Source: Opitutales bacterium
Lineage (GTDB): Bacteria > Verrucomicrobiota > Verrucomicrobiia > Opitutales > JABSRG01
Direction: 5' to 3'
Length of the DNA stretch: 64,000 bases
Assembly (NCBI GenBank): GCA_049599475.1
Contig: JBMYOQ010000011.1
Coordinates: 1-64,000 of the forward strand
The notes below the pieces were generated by a model. The model saw only the letters and a list, made by a program, of their open reading frames with translations, ran no database searches and was not told the origin of the DNA. Shown one piece after another: positions 20,271 to 30,243 of this stretch (within the stretch, counting starts at the first letter, position 1; each line of letters opens with the position of its first letter). Position numbers and translations under genes: made by a program.

Positions 20271-21989
20271 ATGCTTCAGATCACATCCTTACTTTCAGAC
20301 TACCGTGCAGGCACGCGCACGCCTCGAGAGGTATTAACATCTCTCGTTGAAAAAATCAAAAGCTCCGACAATCCGAAAGTCTGGATCTATGCATTGAGCT
20401 TGGAGGAAATCGAGCCATGGATTGCGCGTTTGGAAGGTGCGTCTCCGGATAGTTTACCGCTCTATGGCGTTCCCTTTGCGATCAAGGACAATATCGACCT
20501 AGCAGGTATTCCGACAACGGCGGCATGTCCCGAGTATGCATATACTCCAGAAAAATCGGCGACTGTAGTGGAAAACTTGATCGCGGCAGGCGCGGTGCCT
20601 TTGGGTAAAACAAACCTTGACCAATTTGCCACGGGCTTGGTCGGAGTCCGTACGCCCTATGGAACACCGGTGAATCCGATAGCCCCTGATCGTGTGCCCG
20701 GGGGCTCAAGCTGTGGATCGGCTGTCGCTTTAAGCGAAGGCTTTGTCAGTTTCTCCCTGGGGACGGATACCGCGGGCTCTGGGCGGGTACCAGCGGTTTT
20801 TAATAAGCTGTGGGGCGTGAAACCCAGCCGGGGCCGTTTAAGTAATACCGGACTGGTTCCGGCATGTAAGACCTTGGACTGTATTTCGATTTTTGCCTTC
20901 GATGCTGAGGGCGCAAAGTTGGCGCTGAGTGCTGCGGAAGGTTTTGACGAATCGGATGCGTATTCGCAGCCCGTTATCAACAAGCCCGTTCCTACTGAGT
21001 CAGTCTTGGGGATTCCGCAGCCGGATCAACTTATGTTCTTTGGCGATGCTCAATATGATGAAGCATGGGTTGCTGCTAAAGCAGAACTTAAGGCTAAAGG
21101 CTGGACGCTGCGGGAGGTCGATTTTTCTCCGTTTATTCAGGCGGCTCGCCTATTGTATGAAGGGCCGTGGGTCTCTGAGCGCTATGCGGCCATCGAAACG
21201 TTCTTAAAGGAGCAGCCGGAATCTGTATTCCCCGTAACACGACAAATTATATCCGGTGGCGGTGATCACTCCGCACGTGATGCCTTTGTGTCGACCTACA
21301 AACTCGCGGAGCTCAAGCGCAAATCGGAAGCAGCCTGGGAAGGCGTCGCGGCGATTGTCACGCCGACAGTCGGCGGATTCCCGACGCTTGAAGATATGGA
21401 AAAAGATCCGGTAGGACCCAATTCTCAATTGGGTTATTTCACCAATTTTATGAACCTGCTCGACCTGAGCGCTCTGGCTGTGCCGGCTGGAGAAGCACCG
21501 AGTGGACTGCCTTTCGGAATCACCTACATCGCGCCGCGTGACAGTGATCAAGCTCTTCTTGAAATCGCTAGTAAGGGTCCAGTGGATACATCCATGTCAT
21601 CGCCAGAAACGGTATCCATTATCCTATTTGGTGCGCACATGAGTGGCTTGCCATTGAATACCCAAGTCCTCGGCCTCGGCGGAACCTTCGTCGGCGAAGT
21701 GAAAACGGCCGAAAAATATAAAATGGTCTATCTACCCGAGCCCAAGCCTCATCGCCCTGGTATCGTAAAAATAGGCGAGGGCGGTGTCTCAATTGCGTGT
21801 GAAGAGTGGAGTTTCCCGGCTGAGAGTGTAGGGGCCTTTTTGGCCTCGATATCCACGCCGCTTGGCCTCGGTCAAATTGAACTGTCGGACGGTCGCTACG
21901 TTCACGGTTTCCTATGCGAACCCTACGCGGCAGACGCTGCCGAAGATATTTCAAGCTCCGAGGGCTGGCGGGCTTACTTAGCTGACTGA
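20271..21989 (+). CDS. atzF: Allophanate hydrolase
   Basis: Amidase signature [44 protein letters not shown]-terminal [10 protein letters not shown] domain. Confidence 0.93.
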   Translation: MLQITSLLSDYRAGTRTPREVLTSLVEKIKSSDNPKVWIYALSLEEIEPWIARLEGASPDSLPLYGVPFAIKDNIDLAGIPTTAACPEYAYTPEKSATVVENLIAAGAVPLGKTNLDQFATGLVGVRTPYGTPVNPIAPDRVPGGSSCGSAVALSEGFVSFSLGTDTAGSGRVPAVFNKLWGVKPSRGRLSNTGLVPACKTLDCISIFAFDAEGAKLALSAAEGFDESDAYSQPVINKPVPTESVLGIPQPDQLMFFGDAQYDEAWVAAKAELKAKGWTLREVDFSPFIQAARLLYEGPWVSERYAAIETFLKEQPESVFPVTRQIISGGGDHSARDAFVSTYKLAELKRKSEAAWEGVAAIVTPTVGGFPTLEDMEKDPVGPNSQLGYFTNFMNLLDLSALAVPAGEAPSGLPFGITYIAPRDSDQALLEIASKGPVDTSMSSPETVSIILFGAHMSGLPLNTQVLGLGGTFVGEVKTAEKYKMVYLPEPKPHRPGIVKIGEGGVSIACEEWSFPAESVGAFLASISTPLGLGQIELSDGRYVHGFLCEPYAADAAEDISSSEGWRAYLAD

Positions 21990-21996
21990 TTTTTTA

Positions 21997-22078
21997 AACC
22001 ACAGAGGGCACAGAGAGCACGGAGTATCTAAGAATCGCATGGAGCTTTTTCTTCGTGCTCTTAGTGCCCTCTGTGGTT
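21997..22078. repeat. Long imperfect intergenic inverted repeat (REP/MITE-like)
   Basis: AACCACAGAGGGCAC (21997-22011) pairs perfectly with GTGCCCTCTGTGGTT (22064-22078); pairing continues imperfectly inward. Confidence 0.6.
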
Positions 22079-22324
22079 CTTGTAAGAAGTTCTGGCAAGC
22101 CTTTGGAATTATTGATGACCGGCAGTTCAGGATAGTTTTCCGCAGATTTTACAGATAGACGCAGAATGATTATAGGTAATTGCCCCGTTTCCTCTTTGCG
22201 TCTTCGCTGCTTGAGCGCAGCGGGCGTGAGACTTTGCCTAAAACACGTAGGTGATACCGAAAAGTTAGACAGTGTTGGTATACGTGGTTGATAATTGATT
22301 CTTACCAGCCAGTCTCCAGGGAAT

Positions 22325-25099
22325 ATGGCCGATTCCGAGGGTCCCAAATTACCAGATGAAAAAGAAATCGCTGAGCTTTCGCGTGAAGCCCAAGCTGCTC
22401 TTGCTGCGCGTTGCGCTTTGCGTGTATTCCCGTTTATTGGAGCTCAGGGGCATTTAAATTTCTGGGGAGAAGATGTTGCCCGCCATTTGAATGGAGTTTG
22501 GGCAGCAGTTTTGGTTGCATTGACTAAAGATCATTCCGCCGCCCACGCCACCGCCGCCGCCACTGCCGCCACCGCCACTGCCGCCGCCACCGCCACTGCC
22601 GCCGCCGCCGACGCCGCTTACGCCGCCGCCAACGCCGACGCCAACGCCGCCTTAAACGCCGCCGCCTACGCTGCCTTAAACGCCGCCGGTGACGAATTTC
22701 TGGCCTCTTTTCGACTTTCGGTTAGGGATGATTTTGAGCGCCTTAAGTCGGGAGAACGTCCCGATTGGGATTTTGTCGGGTCTCCCTTATTTGGAAAAAT
22801 TGGAATGTCCCTGGAGGATTGGGTGACGTCCGATATCGGTAAGGCTTTTGGGTCAATTGGCGCGGGGGTCATCCTAGATATGTGGATTTCCTTCTTCCAT
22901 GGTGAGGCATCGTTGGAGAGGTGTCGGGAGTGGTTGGAGCGCTGGAAGGCTGAATACGGAGACTTTGATGAAGAGCCTGTAAGGAAAGAGGTGAAGGCTG
23001 TAGCGAAGAAGGTTCCTGCTAAGAAGAAGAGGCCTCGAACAGTTCAAGAATCTTCTACGGAAGACATAGACCAGACAACAGACTCAACGATATCGAAATT
23101 TTCTGACGATGGCATCCCTGCAGGCTCCATGGATGGTCCGGCGAGTGAGGATGCTTTGGGGCGGGACCCTTTGATCAAGAGTTTGGCGAATATGCTTTCG
23201 ATTAAGGATCAGGGGACACCGATTACCTTGGGTTTGTTCGGGCATTGGGGCTCTGGGAAGAGTACTGTGATGCGGCTGTTGCAGAAGGAGTTGAGCAGTG
23301 AGGAGACTCAGCATAAATATTCAGATTTTGATTTCCTGTTTGGGTGGTTCAATGCTTGGGAGTATGAGCACACCGATGACATTCGTGCAGGGTTAGCGCA
23401 GGAAGTTGTGAATGGGCTTCTCAATGATGGACAATATGCGGAAGAGGAGCGCTGCTATAGTAAGCGCATATCTTGGCGTCAGAAATTTTTGTTACAAATT
23501 CAATATTTGCTGAGCGAGAAGCCTAAAGAGAGTCTTGGTCTCGCTCTAAAGGTATTTGCTGTTGTGATGTCTGCTTTCTTGGGGCTGGGGGGTGTGGTCG
23601 CGAGTAGTTCGGATTCTCTGCGCGAAGTCATCATGTTTTCATTTTCGGGGAGTGGAGAGTCGGGTGACCCTGTTTCCGGATTTGCAACGCGCCATGAGAT
23701 TTCTGCGGAAGAAGAGCCTGAGGACCCTAATTTACTGGCAGATGTCGTTACCGCACTAATCGAATTTTTAAAAGACCCGGGGGCCGGCGGTCAGATTTTG
23801 GGGACGAGTGCCTTGGTCTTTTCCGCTTTTTTGGGTTTTCGTTGGCTTCCCGATGCCAAGCGTTTGTGGGACCATCCCTTGGCCACAGATTTGGGCACCT
23901 TTTTCAAATTACCATCCTACCGTGAAGAATTAGGTCAGATCCCTGTTATTCGGAAGCAATTGGAGGGGCTCTGTAAAATAAGGTTAGGTAACACAACAAA
24001 AGAGCCGACCTGGTGGGAGCGGGTTGTAGGGAAATTATGTAAGCCACTGCGGCAAAAGGAACCGGAAAGACCGAAGCGCCTGATTGTTTTTATTGATGAT
24101 CTGGATCGTTGTCAGACTGAGAAAATTGCCGAGACTTTCGATGCTGCGCGCCTGATTGCTCATATCGAAGGCGTTATCTTAGTCATTGGGATTGATGAAC
24201 GGATAGCCTTCAACGCGATGGGCCGAACGTATGAGGAATATGCTGAAGGGGACGCGGGTCGGAAACCAGAAGACGTGGCTCGAGACTACTTAGGTAAAAT
24301 CATCCAAGTACCGGTTCGCTTGGAGCCGCCGACAATTCGCGAATTGAAAGGATTCATCGAAAATCAATTGTTTGTCGATGGGGTCCCTGCACCGCCACAG
24401 ACTGTCATTGATCCAAGCGGACAAGAGAACGCACCTGCGGATCATGAGGAGACTATAAATGAGAATCCCGCGCAAAGCGAGGATCCCAAAACGCCAGAGA
24501 CGCGTGATAAAAAAGTTGATACAGCGACTCGTGTTGAGGATCGGAAAGCCCCGTCGCCTGAAGATAAGATTCAAGAAATGCACGAAAAAGAGGCAAAAGG
24601 TGCGAGTGAAGAGCGCAGTCGGATGGTAGAGACAAACGAGGAGAAAATCCATTTTGTGACGCTTTGCCATATTTTTGATTTCAATAATCCGCGACAGCTT
24701 CTGCGTTTGAAGAATACCTACCGTCTGTTGAAGGCTTTGCTGCGAAGACGACAAGCAGGGAGAAATCGAGCGGATATGCCTGATAACCCACTGAGCTTGC
24801 TACGAATGCTATTCTGGCTGGAGTTCCAGTTGGAATCTAGCCCTGAAGAGGTCCACAAATGGGTAAAGACATCTCTGGAGCCGGATGATACTTCATTAAA
24901 ATCTGAATACAAAAAATTCAGCGATAAGTTTCCGAAACCCAAGCTTGTTGAAGATTGCTGGCGATTCGATGCTCAGAAAGATCGGCGGACGAAGGCTTAC
25001 AAAGAAGGTCAGGAGTTTCAGGCTCTGGAAGAGTTTACCCGCACCTGTTTGCTTCCTTACCCAAGCCGAGAAGCCGGAGCGACCGAGGATGATGCGTGA
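22325..25099 (+). CDS. KAP-family P-loop NTPase with TM segments and an N-terminal Ala-rich helical domain
   Basis: GLFGHWGSGKST, FNAWEY, hydrophobic segments between Walker A and B, LIVFIDDLDRC, YLGKIIQVP, NPRQL.RL.N; likely ATG 22325. Confidence 0.88.
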   Translation: MADSEGPKLPDEKEIAELSREAQAALAARCALRVFPFIGAQGHLNFWGEDVARHLNGVWAAVLVALTKDHSAAHATAAATAATATAAATATAAAADAAYAAANADANAALNAAAYAALNAAGDEFLASFRLSVRDDFERLKSGERPDWDFVGSPLFGKIGMSLEDWVTSDIGKAFGSIGAGVILDMWISFFHGEASLERCREWLERWKAEYGDFDEEPVRKEVKAVAKKVPAKKKRPRTVQESSTEDIDQTTDSTISKFSDDGIPAGSMDGPASEDALGRDPLIKSLANMLSIKDQGTPITLGLFGHWGSGKSTVMRLLQKELSSEETQHKYSDFDFLFGWFNAWEYEHTDDIRAGLAQEVVNGLLNDGQYAEEERCYSKRISWRQKFLLQIQYLLSEKPKESLGLALKVFAVVMSAFLGLGGVVASSSDSLREVIMFSFSGSGESGDPVSGFATRHEISAEEEPEDPNLLADVVTALIEFLKDPGAGGQILGTSALVFSAFLGFRWLPDAKRLWDHPLATDLGTFFKLPSYREELGQIPVIRKQLEGLCKIRLGNTTKEPTWWERVVGKLCKPLRQKEPERPKRLIVFIDDLDRCQTEKIAETFDAARLIAHIEGVILVIGIDERIAFNAMGRTYEEYAEGDAGRKPEDVARDYLGKIIQVPVRLEPPTIRELKGFIENQLFVDGVPAPPQTVIDPSGQENAPADHEETINENPAQSEDPKTPETRDKKVDTATRVEDRKAPSPEDKIQEMHEKEAKGASEERSRMVETNEEKIHFVTLCHIFDFNNPRQLLRLKNTYRLLKALLRRRQAGRNRADMPDNPLSLLRMLFWLEFQLESSPEEVHKWVKTSLEPDDTSLKSEYKKFSDKFPKPKLVEDCWRFDAQKDRRTKAYKEGQEFQALEEFTRTCLLPYPSREAGATEDDA
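22538..22687 (+). repeat. GCC-rich low-complexity tandem tract encoding poly-Ala within the KAP gene
   Basis: Units such as ACCGCCACTGCCGCC repeated, then GCCTTAAACGCCGCC twice. Confidence 0.8.
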
Positions 25100-25341
25100 G
25101 AGCTTGGACTTGTGTGCAGTCAATTCTCAAAAGTCCGTTCGCATTGAGCTCAAATTATAATCGTGGGTTTTCCGGCAGAGACGCTGTCCTCAGCATCCGT
25201 GGAGCCGATCGCAGTGGACATTTAGGATATGTCCCTCCCACCTATACCAAATCAAGTTTGAGAACGGGTCAATTTGCTCGATCAGCACTTTCGCCAGAAA
25301 GAGGTCCGTGGCTTCTCCGAATGTCCCAGTTTCTTAGCCGA

Positions 25342-26823
25342 TTATGCGTGCGTTTCCCGTAGGCTCTTTACGCCGACGAGCCAATAGCTGGCAACGTATA
25401 CGAGGGCGAAGATGCCTACGTTTAGGCGGTCCGTGCTGAGGGAAAGGGCGAAAGCTATGAGGCAATAGGCTCCTAGGGCGGTTTCGATCCAGGGGCCTAA
25501 GCTCTTGTTCAGATTGTAGGACTTCTGGGTGCTGGAACCGCGTTTTGGAGTGCGGATGAAGGCGGATTGTTTTCCGGTGAAGCCTTCCCAGACGGCGCGC
25601 GCGTTTGAGTAGGAAATCCCGAAACCGACCATGAGGAGTGCGGGCAGTTGACGTATTGCGTAGCCGAAACGCTTCGGGTCGATTGCGCATTGGGCGAAGA
25701 TGCAGGAAAGGCTGGGGCCGAGTGAGGCAGCCAGTATGGGGCCGAAGGCGATAGGCCAGAAGAAGGGACCTAGGTCGACTTCTTGCACGAGGACCATCGG
25801 TAGGGACACCAAAGCCATCAGGAACATGCAGAAGTGGATGGCGTAGTGGGTGAGGTGGCAGACGGCCTGGAAGCGTTTAATGAGGCTGCGCTTGGGGTCA
25901 AACTTGAGCTTCGGCAGAATTTTTAGCGCAGTTTGAATGGATCCCTTGGCCCAGCGGAATTGTTGGCTTTTGAGTGCCGTAAACGTAGCCGGAAGTTCGG
26001 CGGGGACGACGAGATCGAGCAGGTAGTGCAGGCGCCAGCCTTTGATTTGGGCCCGGTAGCTGAGGTCCATATCCTCAGTCAGGGTGTCGGCTTGCCAACC
26101 TCCGGCTTCGTCGATGGCTTGTCGGCGCCAGACACCAGCTGTGCCATTGAAATTTAGATAGAGGTTGTTCCAGGAGCGGGCAGATTGTTCGATGACAAAG
26201 TGGCAATCGATTCCCATAGCGAGGGCTCGCGTGAGCCAGGACTCTTCGCGGTTGAGGTGGCCCCAACGTGCTTGGACGAGGCCGACTTCTTCTTGGCTGA
26301 TCAGCTGTGGGATCGAGCGCTTGAGGAAATCTTTAGTGGGAACGAAATCGCTGTCGAAGATCGCGATATAAGGGGCGTTATCCTGAGTGAGCCCATATTG
26401 GAGGGCGCCTGCTTTGAAGCCTTCGCGATTGTCGCGTCGGACGACTGCGATATCGATGCCTTCGGCGGATAATTCAGCTACGACCTTGTCGACGATCTCG
26501 CGTGTCTCGTCGGTCGAGTCATCAAGGACCTGGATGCGATGGAGGCCTTTCGGATACTCCATTTTCGCGGCGGCTCGGATGACGCGCTCGGCGACGTTGA
26601 GCTCATTGTAAAGGGGAAGTTGGGTGAGGACCTCAGGCCAAGATCGTTCGCCTGACTCGAGTTCGGCGAGGGCCTGAGTTTCGCGCTCAGCGTCTTGCTC
26701 GCGAGCCTGCTTGCGCTTGCGGATAAACAGGCGCATCAACACATAGCTGTTGAGCCCGTAGACTAACAGTAGGCTGCAGAGGATTCCGTAGAAAATCCAA
26801 ATGATTGTTGAGACCTGTGACAT
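25342..26823 (-). CDS. Glycosyltransferase family 2, cellulose synthase-like membrane protein
   Basis: QLPLYNE, DDSTD, KAGAL, FDSDF, TEDMDL, QQFRWAKG (D,D,D,QxxRW); C-terminal TMs. Confidence 0.92.
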   Translation of the reverse strand: MSQVSTIIWIFYGILCSLLLVYGLNSYVLMRLFIRKRKQAREQDAERETQALAELESGERSWPEVLTQLPLYNELNVAERVIRAAAKMEYPKGLHRIQVLDDSTDETREIVDKVVAELSAEGIDIAVVRRDNREGFKAGALQYGLTQDNAPYIAIFDSDFVPTKDFLKRSIPQLISQEEVGLVQARWGHLNREESWLTRALAMGIDCHFVIEQSARSWNNLYLNFNGTAGVWRRQAIDEAGGWQADTLTEDMDLSYRAQIKGWRLHYLLDLVVPAELPATFTALKSQQFRWAKGSIQTALKILPKLKFDPKRSLIKRFQAVCHLTHYAIHFCMFLMALVSLPMVLVQEVDLGPFFWPIAFGPILAASLGPSLSCIFAQCAIDPKRFGYAIRQLPALLMVGFGISYSNARAVWEGFTGKQSAFIRTPKRGSSTQKSYNLNKSLGPWIETALGAYCLIAFALSLSTDRLNVGIFALVYVASYWLVGVKSLRETHA

Positions 26824-26918
26824 GATGGAGGAGCGGCGAGCACATCAGTTCCCGTCTAAAGAGCAACCGGGAAATTTGGAGAACCCATGTGGTATCTGTA
26901 TGTAGAAGAGATTGTTTT

Positions 26919-27005
26919 GGTAGGCGGAACCGTCGCGGTAAGCCGCAGGATCGGCTGATAAAGCGCGATTGCACATGCGGCTCGGCGGGACGCCTCGCCC
27001 TACCT
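26919..27005. repeat. Inverted pair of GTAG-type REP-like elements
   Basis: GGTAGGCGGAACCGTCGCGGTAAGCCGC (26919-26946) and, on the minus strand, AGGTAGGGCGAGGCGTCCCGCCGAGCCGC (26977-27005). Confidence 0.6.
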
Positions 27006-27071
27006 AAAGTCCTTTGAAGATTAAAGATGTTAGTAGGAGATTGAGAATAGAACTAGACCGCTCTAGAGCAG

Positions 27072-29366
27072 TTATGAGACCCGCTTTGCAGCCTTTTCCA
27101 TATACTCGTCAATTGGGGTCTTCTCAAGTTCGGCTTCGCTTTGCTGGACGGGCGAGGCCCAGAGCTTTTCGAGTTGTGGTTTACCATCCTTATCGTAGCT
27201 GCCGAAGTTGAGGGTGCCGGTTGGGCAAACGTGCACACATGCTGAGCAGCGCACACATTCGGGATCTTCCATGCCTTTGCCCTTGTTGGCGAAGTTCATG
27301 ATGTCGATACCCTGGTGGCAGACCGTGGTGCAGGCGTTGCACGAAATACATTTCTTCTTGTCTGCGAAAATGCGGAATTTCGAGAAGCGTGCGTAGATGT
27401 GCATGAGGGCCGCGAGCGGACATGCAAAACGACACCAAGCGCGTCCCGAAAAGTGGAAGTAAAGGCCGTAGCCGAGAATGCCGGCAAGCCAGAGGTCGAC
27501 GATGTATTTGTAATTCGCGACGGGGAGTTCGCTGACCATGCTCTTGAAACTGTTTGCGAACCATTCAATGCCCATCCAGCCAAGAATTCTCCAAACCAGA
27601 AGAATCATTGCAACGGCGAGAATCGCTTGGCCAAGCATGTTGAGCTTATTCCAAAACGGACCGTGTGGCATCTTGTGGCGGTGTCCATCGCCGAGAGTTT
27701 CCGCCATCGCTCCGCAACTGCAGATCCAGCCGCAGTAGGCGCCTTTACCCCACTTGATGACAATGAATGGGATGATCACAAAGGTCTGAATTAGGCTGAC
27801 GATGAGCCATCCCCAGATAGGAGCTTCCGTGAACACGTTGAAGGCGAAAAGTGGCCAGGCTAGGATAAACCCGAATGCGCGCCAGTATTGGTCTGGGTTT
27901 GTCCCTGGCCCGTTGGAAAGAAATGTCATGCCGAACCACTCGCCGATACCGCCATTGGTAAAGGCTCCCAGGGCCCCCATGTATGGTAAAATGACGTAGG
28001 GGAGGAGGAACAAGGGCAGCACCTGTATTGCCATGAGAGACAGGGTTTGCCGAGTGATGTAGGGAGTCTTGCGAGTCTTAATTCGCTTAATCCCAAAGAT
28101 TACAATCACCAATGAATAGACGAAGGTATACCAAAAATCGGGGCGCGTTTGCGCTGTCTGGGAAAGGGTGTGTAAGAATCCCCCAGGTTCGCCTAGGATA
28201 CTTAAATTGAAGGGAAAAATATCCTTTTGGTCGAAGATTTGCCACAGGTTGGTATTGGGAATGCCCAATATGTTTACGTAGCCCTTCCAGTGGTAAATGA
28301 ATCCGAAAATCAATAGGGAGATCGCTAGGGTAAACCAGAATTTCGGCGAACGCTCACCGGATATTTTGATCCCGGAACGGCGGAAAAATTCGAGGGGCGG
28401 CTCGCGTCCGATCAGCGAAAATACATAATCATTTTCCAGAGAAATGGAGGCTCTGTTTTGATCGATGAAGACACGATCGTCGGTGATTTTCTTGATATTG
28501 GAAGCCATGAACAGTTTCAGGCTACCGGCTTTCTGAAGAGCCTCGATTTTCTCGATGTTCTCGGGTTTGGGGCGTTGGAACTCTGCGCGGCGGTAGCTTA
28601 GGGCGACAGTGGCTCCTTCTTCGGCCATTGAAATCGCGGCTTCGAGCGCGGAATCGCCTCCGCCTACCACGAGGACTTTTTTGCCGACGAACTCGCGAGG
28701 ATCGATCAGGCGATTGGAGACCTTCTCGAGCTCTTCGCCTTCGACGCCGAGTTTGCGGAAGTTGCCCGTGCGGCCGATTGCGATGACCACGCGTTGTGCT
28801 TTGATATCTTCGCCGCCCTTCGTTTTGAGAACACGGTGGCTGCCCTTGTCCTCGATCGCTTCTACCTGCGCTTGGCGGGTCTCGATCTCAAACTCCTGGC
28901 GCTGGGCCTCCAGCTCGTCGATCAGGTCTTCCTTTACCTCGGATTTGAAGCGCATGCTACCCGCCGGTTCCATGTCGGTAGGGTAGGTGTAAATAGGTTT
29001 ACGGCGCGGGAAATTCCGAATGGTTGAAAAGGCTTGTTGTGCTTCCAGGACGCAATAGCTGAGCCCGGCTTTCTTGGCCTCGATGGCCGCTGAGATACCG
29101 GAAACGCCGGCTCCGATGATGGCGACGTCGACGTCGGTCTTACTCGACTGTTTCTCAAAGCCTTTCTCTTCGATGAAACCAAGCACCGCCTTGGCGCCTG
29201 TATCCGCTGAGAACTTCAGAAGGGGCACGCCTGTAAGATCGCCGACGATGCGAACTCCGGGAAGGTTCGTGAGCCCGTTTTCCTGGATTTCAGGGCCCTT
29301 TTCAGGGACGCCTGCGGGCCACTGAGTGTGCAGCCAGTGTGTGTACTTTGAGATGAGATTGAGCAT
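27072..29366 (-). CDS. FAD/NAD(P)-dependent oxidoreductase (TrxB/YpdA-like) fused to a NapH/RdxA-like 4Fe-4S membrane domain
   Basis: IIGAGVSG, VVGGGDSALE; multiple TMs; YCGWICSCG, WCRFACP, CISCNACTTVC, CVRCSACVHVCP. Confidence 0.85.
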   Translation of the reverse strand: MLNLISKYTHWLHTQWPAGVPEKGPEIQENGLTNLPGVRIVGDLTGVPLLKFSADTGAKAVLGFIEEKGFEKQSSKTDVDVAIIGAGVSGISAAIEAKKAGLSYCVLEAQQAFSTIRNFPRRKPIYTYPTDMEPAGSMRFKSEVKEDLIDELEAQRQEFEIETRQAQVEAIEDKGSHRVLKTKGGEDIKAQRVVIAIGRTGNFRKLGVEGEELEKVSNRLIDPREFVGKKVLVVGGGDSALEAAISMAEEGATVALSYRRAEFQRPKPENIEKIEALQKAGSLKLFMASNIKKITDDRVFIDQNRASISLENDYVFSLIGREPPLEFFRRSGIKISGERSPKFWFTLAISLLIFGFIYHWKGYVNILGIPNTNLWQIFDQKDIFPFNLSILGEPGGFLHTLSQTAQTRPDFWYTFVYSLVIVIFGIKRIKTRKTPYITRQTLSLMAIQVLPLFLLPYVILPYMGALGAFTNGGIGEWFGMTFLSNGPGTNPDQYWRAFGFILAWPLFAFNVFTEAPIWGWLIVSLIQTFVIIPFIVIKWGKGAYCGWICSCGAMAETLGDGHRHKMPHGPFWNKLNMLGQAILAVAMILLVWRILGWMGIEWFANSFKSMVSELPVANYKYIVDLWLAGILGYGLYFHFSGRAWCRFACPLAALMHIYARFSKFRIFADKKKCISCNACTTVCHQGIDIMNFANKGKGMEDPECVRCSACVHVCPTGTLNFGSYDKDGKPQLEKLWASPVQQSEAELEKTPIDEYMEKAAKRVS

Positions 29367-29435
29367 GCAGAATAAGGATTGGAGCCGAAGTCGGCTACAG
29401 AGTTACGCGGATGTGGTTGAAAATAGAGCGACGGA

Positions 29436-30182
29436 TTATTCGGAGAGCGGAGTATTGAGAGACCAATCGTAGGGGAGAAATTTTACGGATGCCTTAGCAG
29501 GAAGTTTTGCGCCAGTGCGATAGGGGTTGATGTATTCGATTGGATTTTCGGTCGGAAAGTCATGTTTATACCAATCGAAGAGGGCTGAGACGTGGACCTC
29601 GCGGCCTTTCACTTGGACGCCCCATTGATCGTTGAGGAAGATTTGGGCCTGTTCATCCATCTGCTCATCGAGTTTGCTGCTCAGAAAGGGCTCGCTTCTG
29701 AGCGGTGGACAGCTGCGGCTGGCGCAGTTGACGGCCCAGTGAATCCGTGGGTCCGGGTATTCCTTGAGGAGGATGACCTTCTCGACGTCGTCTAGAGAAA
29801 GTGTGCGGCCACTCTGTTGGATGAACGGCTTTTTGAAGATTCCAAAATCGGGCAAAATCTCGGTGACACTTTTCACCGGATATGCGTCGAACACTGCCTT
29901 CAGCATGCCGAGATTATACAGATTGATATAAAATGCCTTTTGTTGATCGAAGCTGAGTTCGGACAAGTCGAGCTTGGACCAAGTCTTTAGAATTGAGTCG
30001 ACGGCCTTGAGATCGTCTGTGCTCTTCGCCCACTTCGCATAATCTACGCCGGTAGCGGTCGCATATTTATCGAGTAGTTCGGCGTAGTCGGTGTATAGGG
30101 CGGACTCATTTGCCTCTGAAAACTGGGCGTTCAACGCTTGTGCACTGAAAACGAGGGCGAATAAAATGGAAAGTGTCTTCAT
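29436..30182 (-). CDS. DUF547 domain-containing secreted protein
   Basis: Signal peptide; VDY, AFYINLYN, DPRIHWAVNCASRSCPPL, FDWY..DF, YDWSLN. Confidence 0.88.
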   Translation of the reverse strand: MKTLSILFALVFSAQALNAQFSEANESALYTDYAELLDKYATATGVDYAKWAKSTDDLKAVDSILKTWSKLDLSELSFDQQKAFYINLYNLGMLKAVFDAYPVKSVTEILPDFGIFKKPFIQQSGRTLSLDDVEKVILLKEYPDPRIHWAVNCASRSCPPLRSEPFLSSKLDEQMDEQAQIFLNDQWGVQVKGREVHVSALFDWYKHDFPTENPIEYINPYRTGAKLPAKASVKFLPYDWSLNTPLSE

Positions 30183-30243
30183 TGTCTTCTCGGTTTATTA
30201 GGATGATAGAGTGAAGCCTTTCCGAATTATTCCAAATAGACCC

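Noticed and set aside
21994..22347. 117-aa minus-strand ORF
   Set aside because: It runs through inverted-repeat DNA and overlaps the KAP start; likely spurious.
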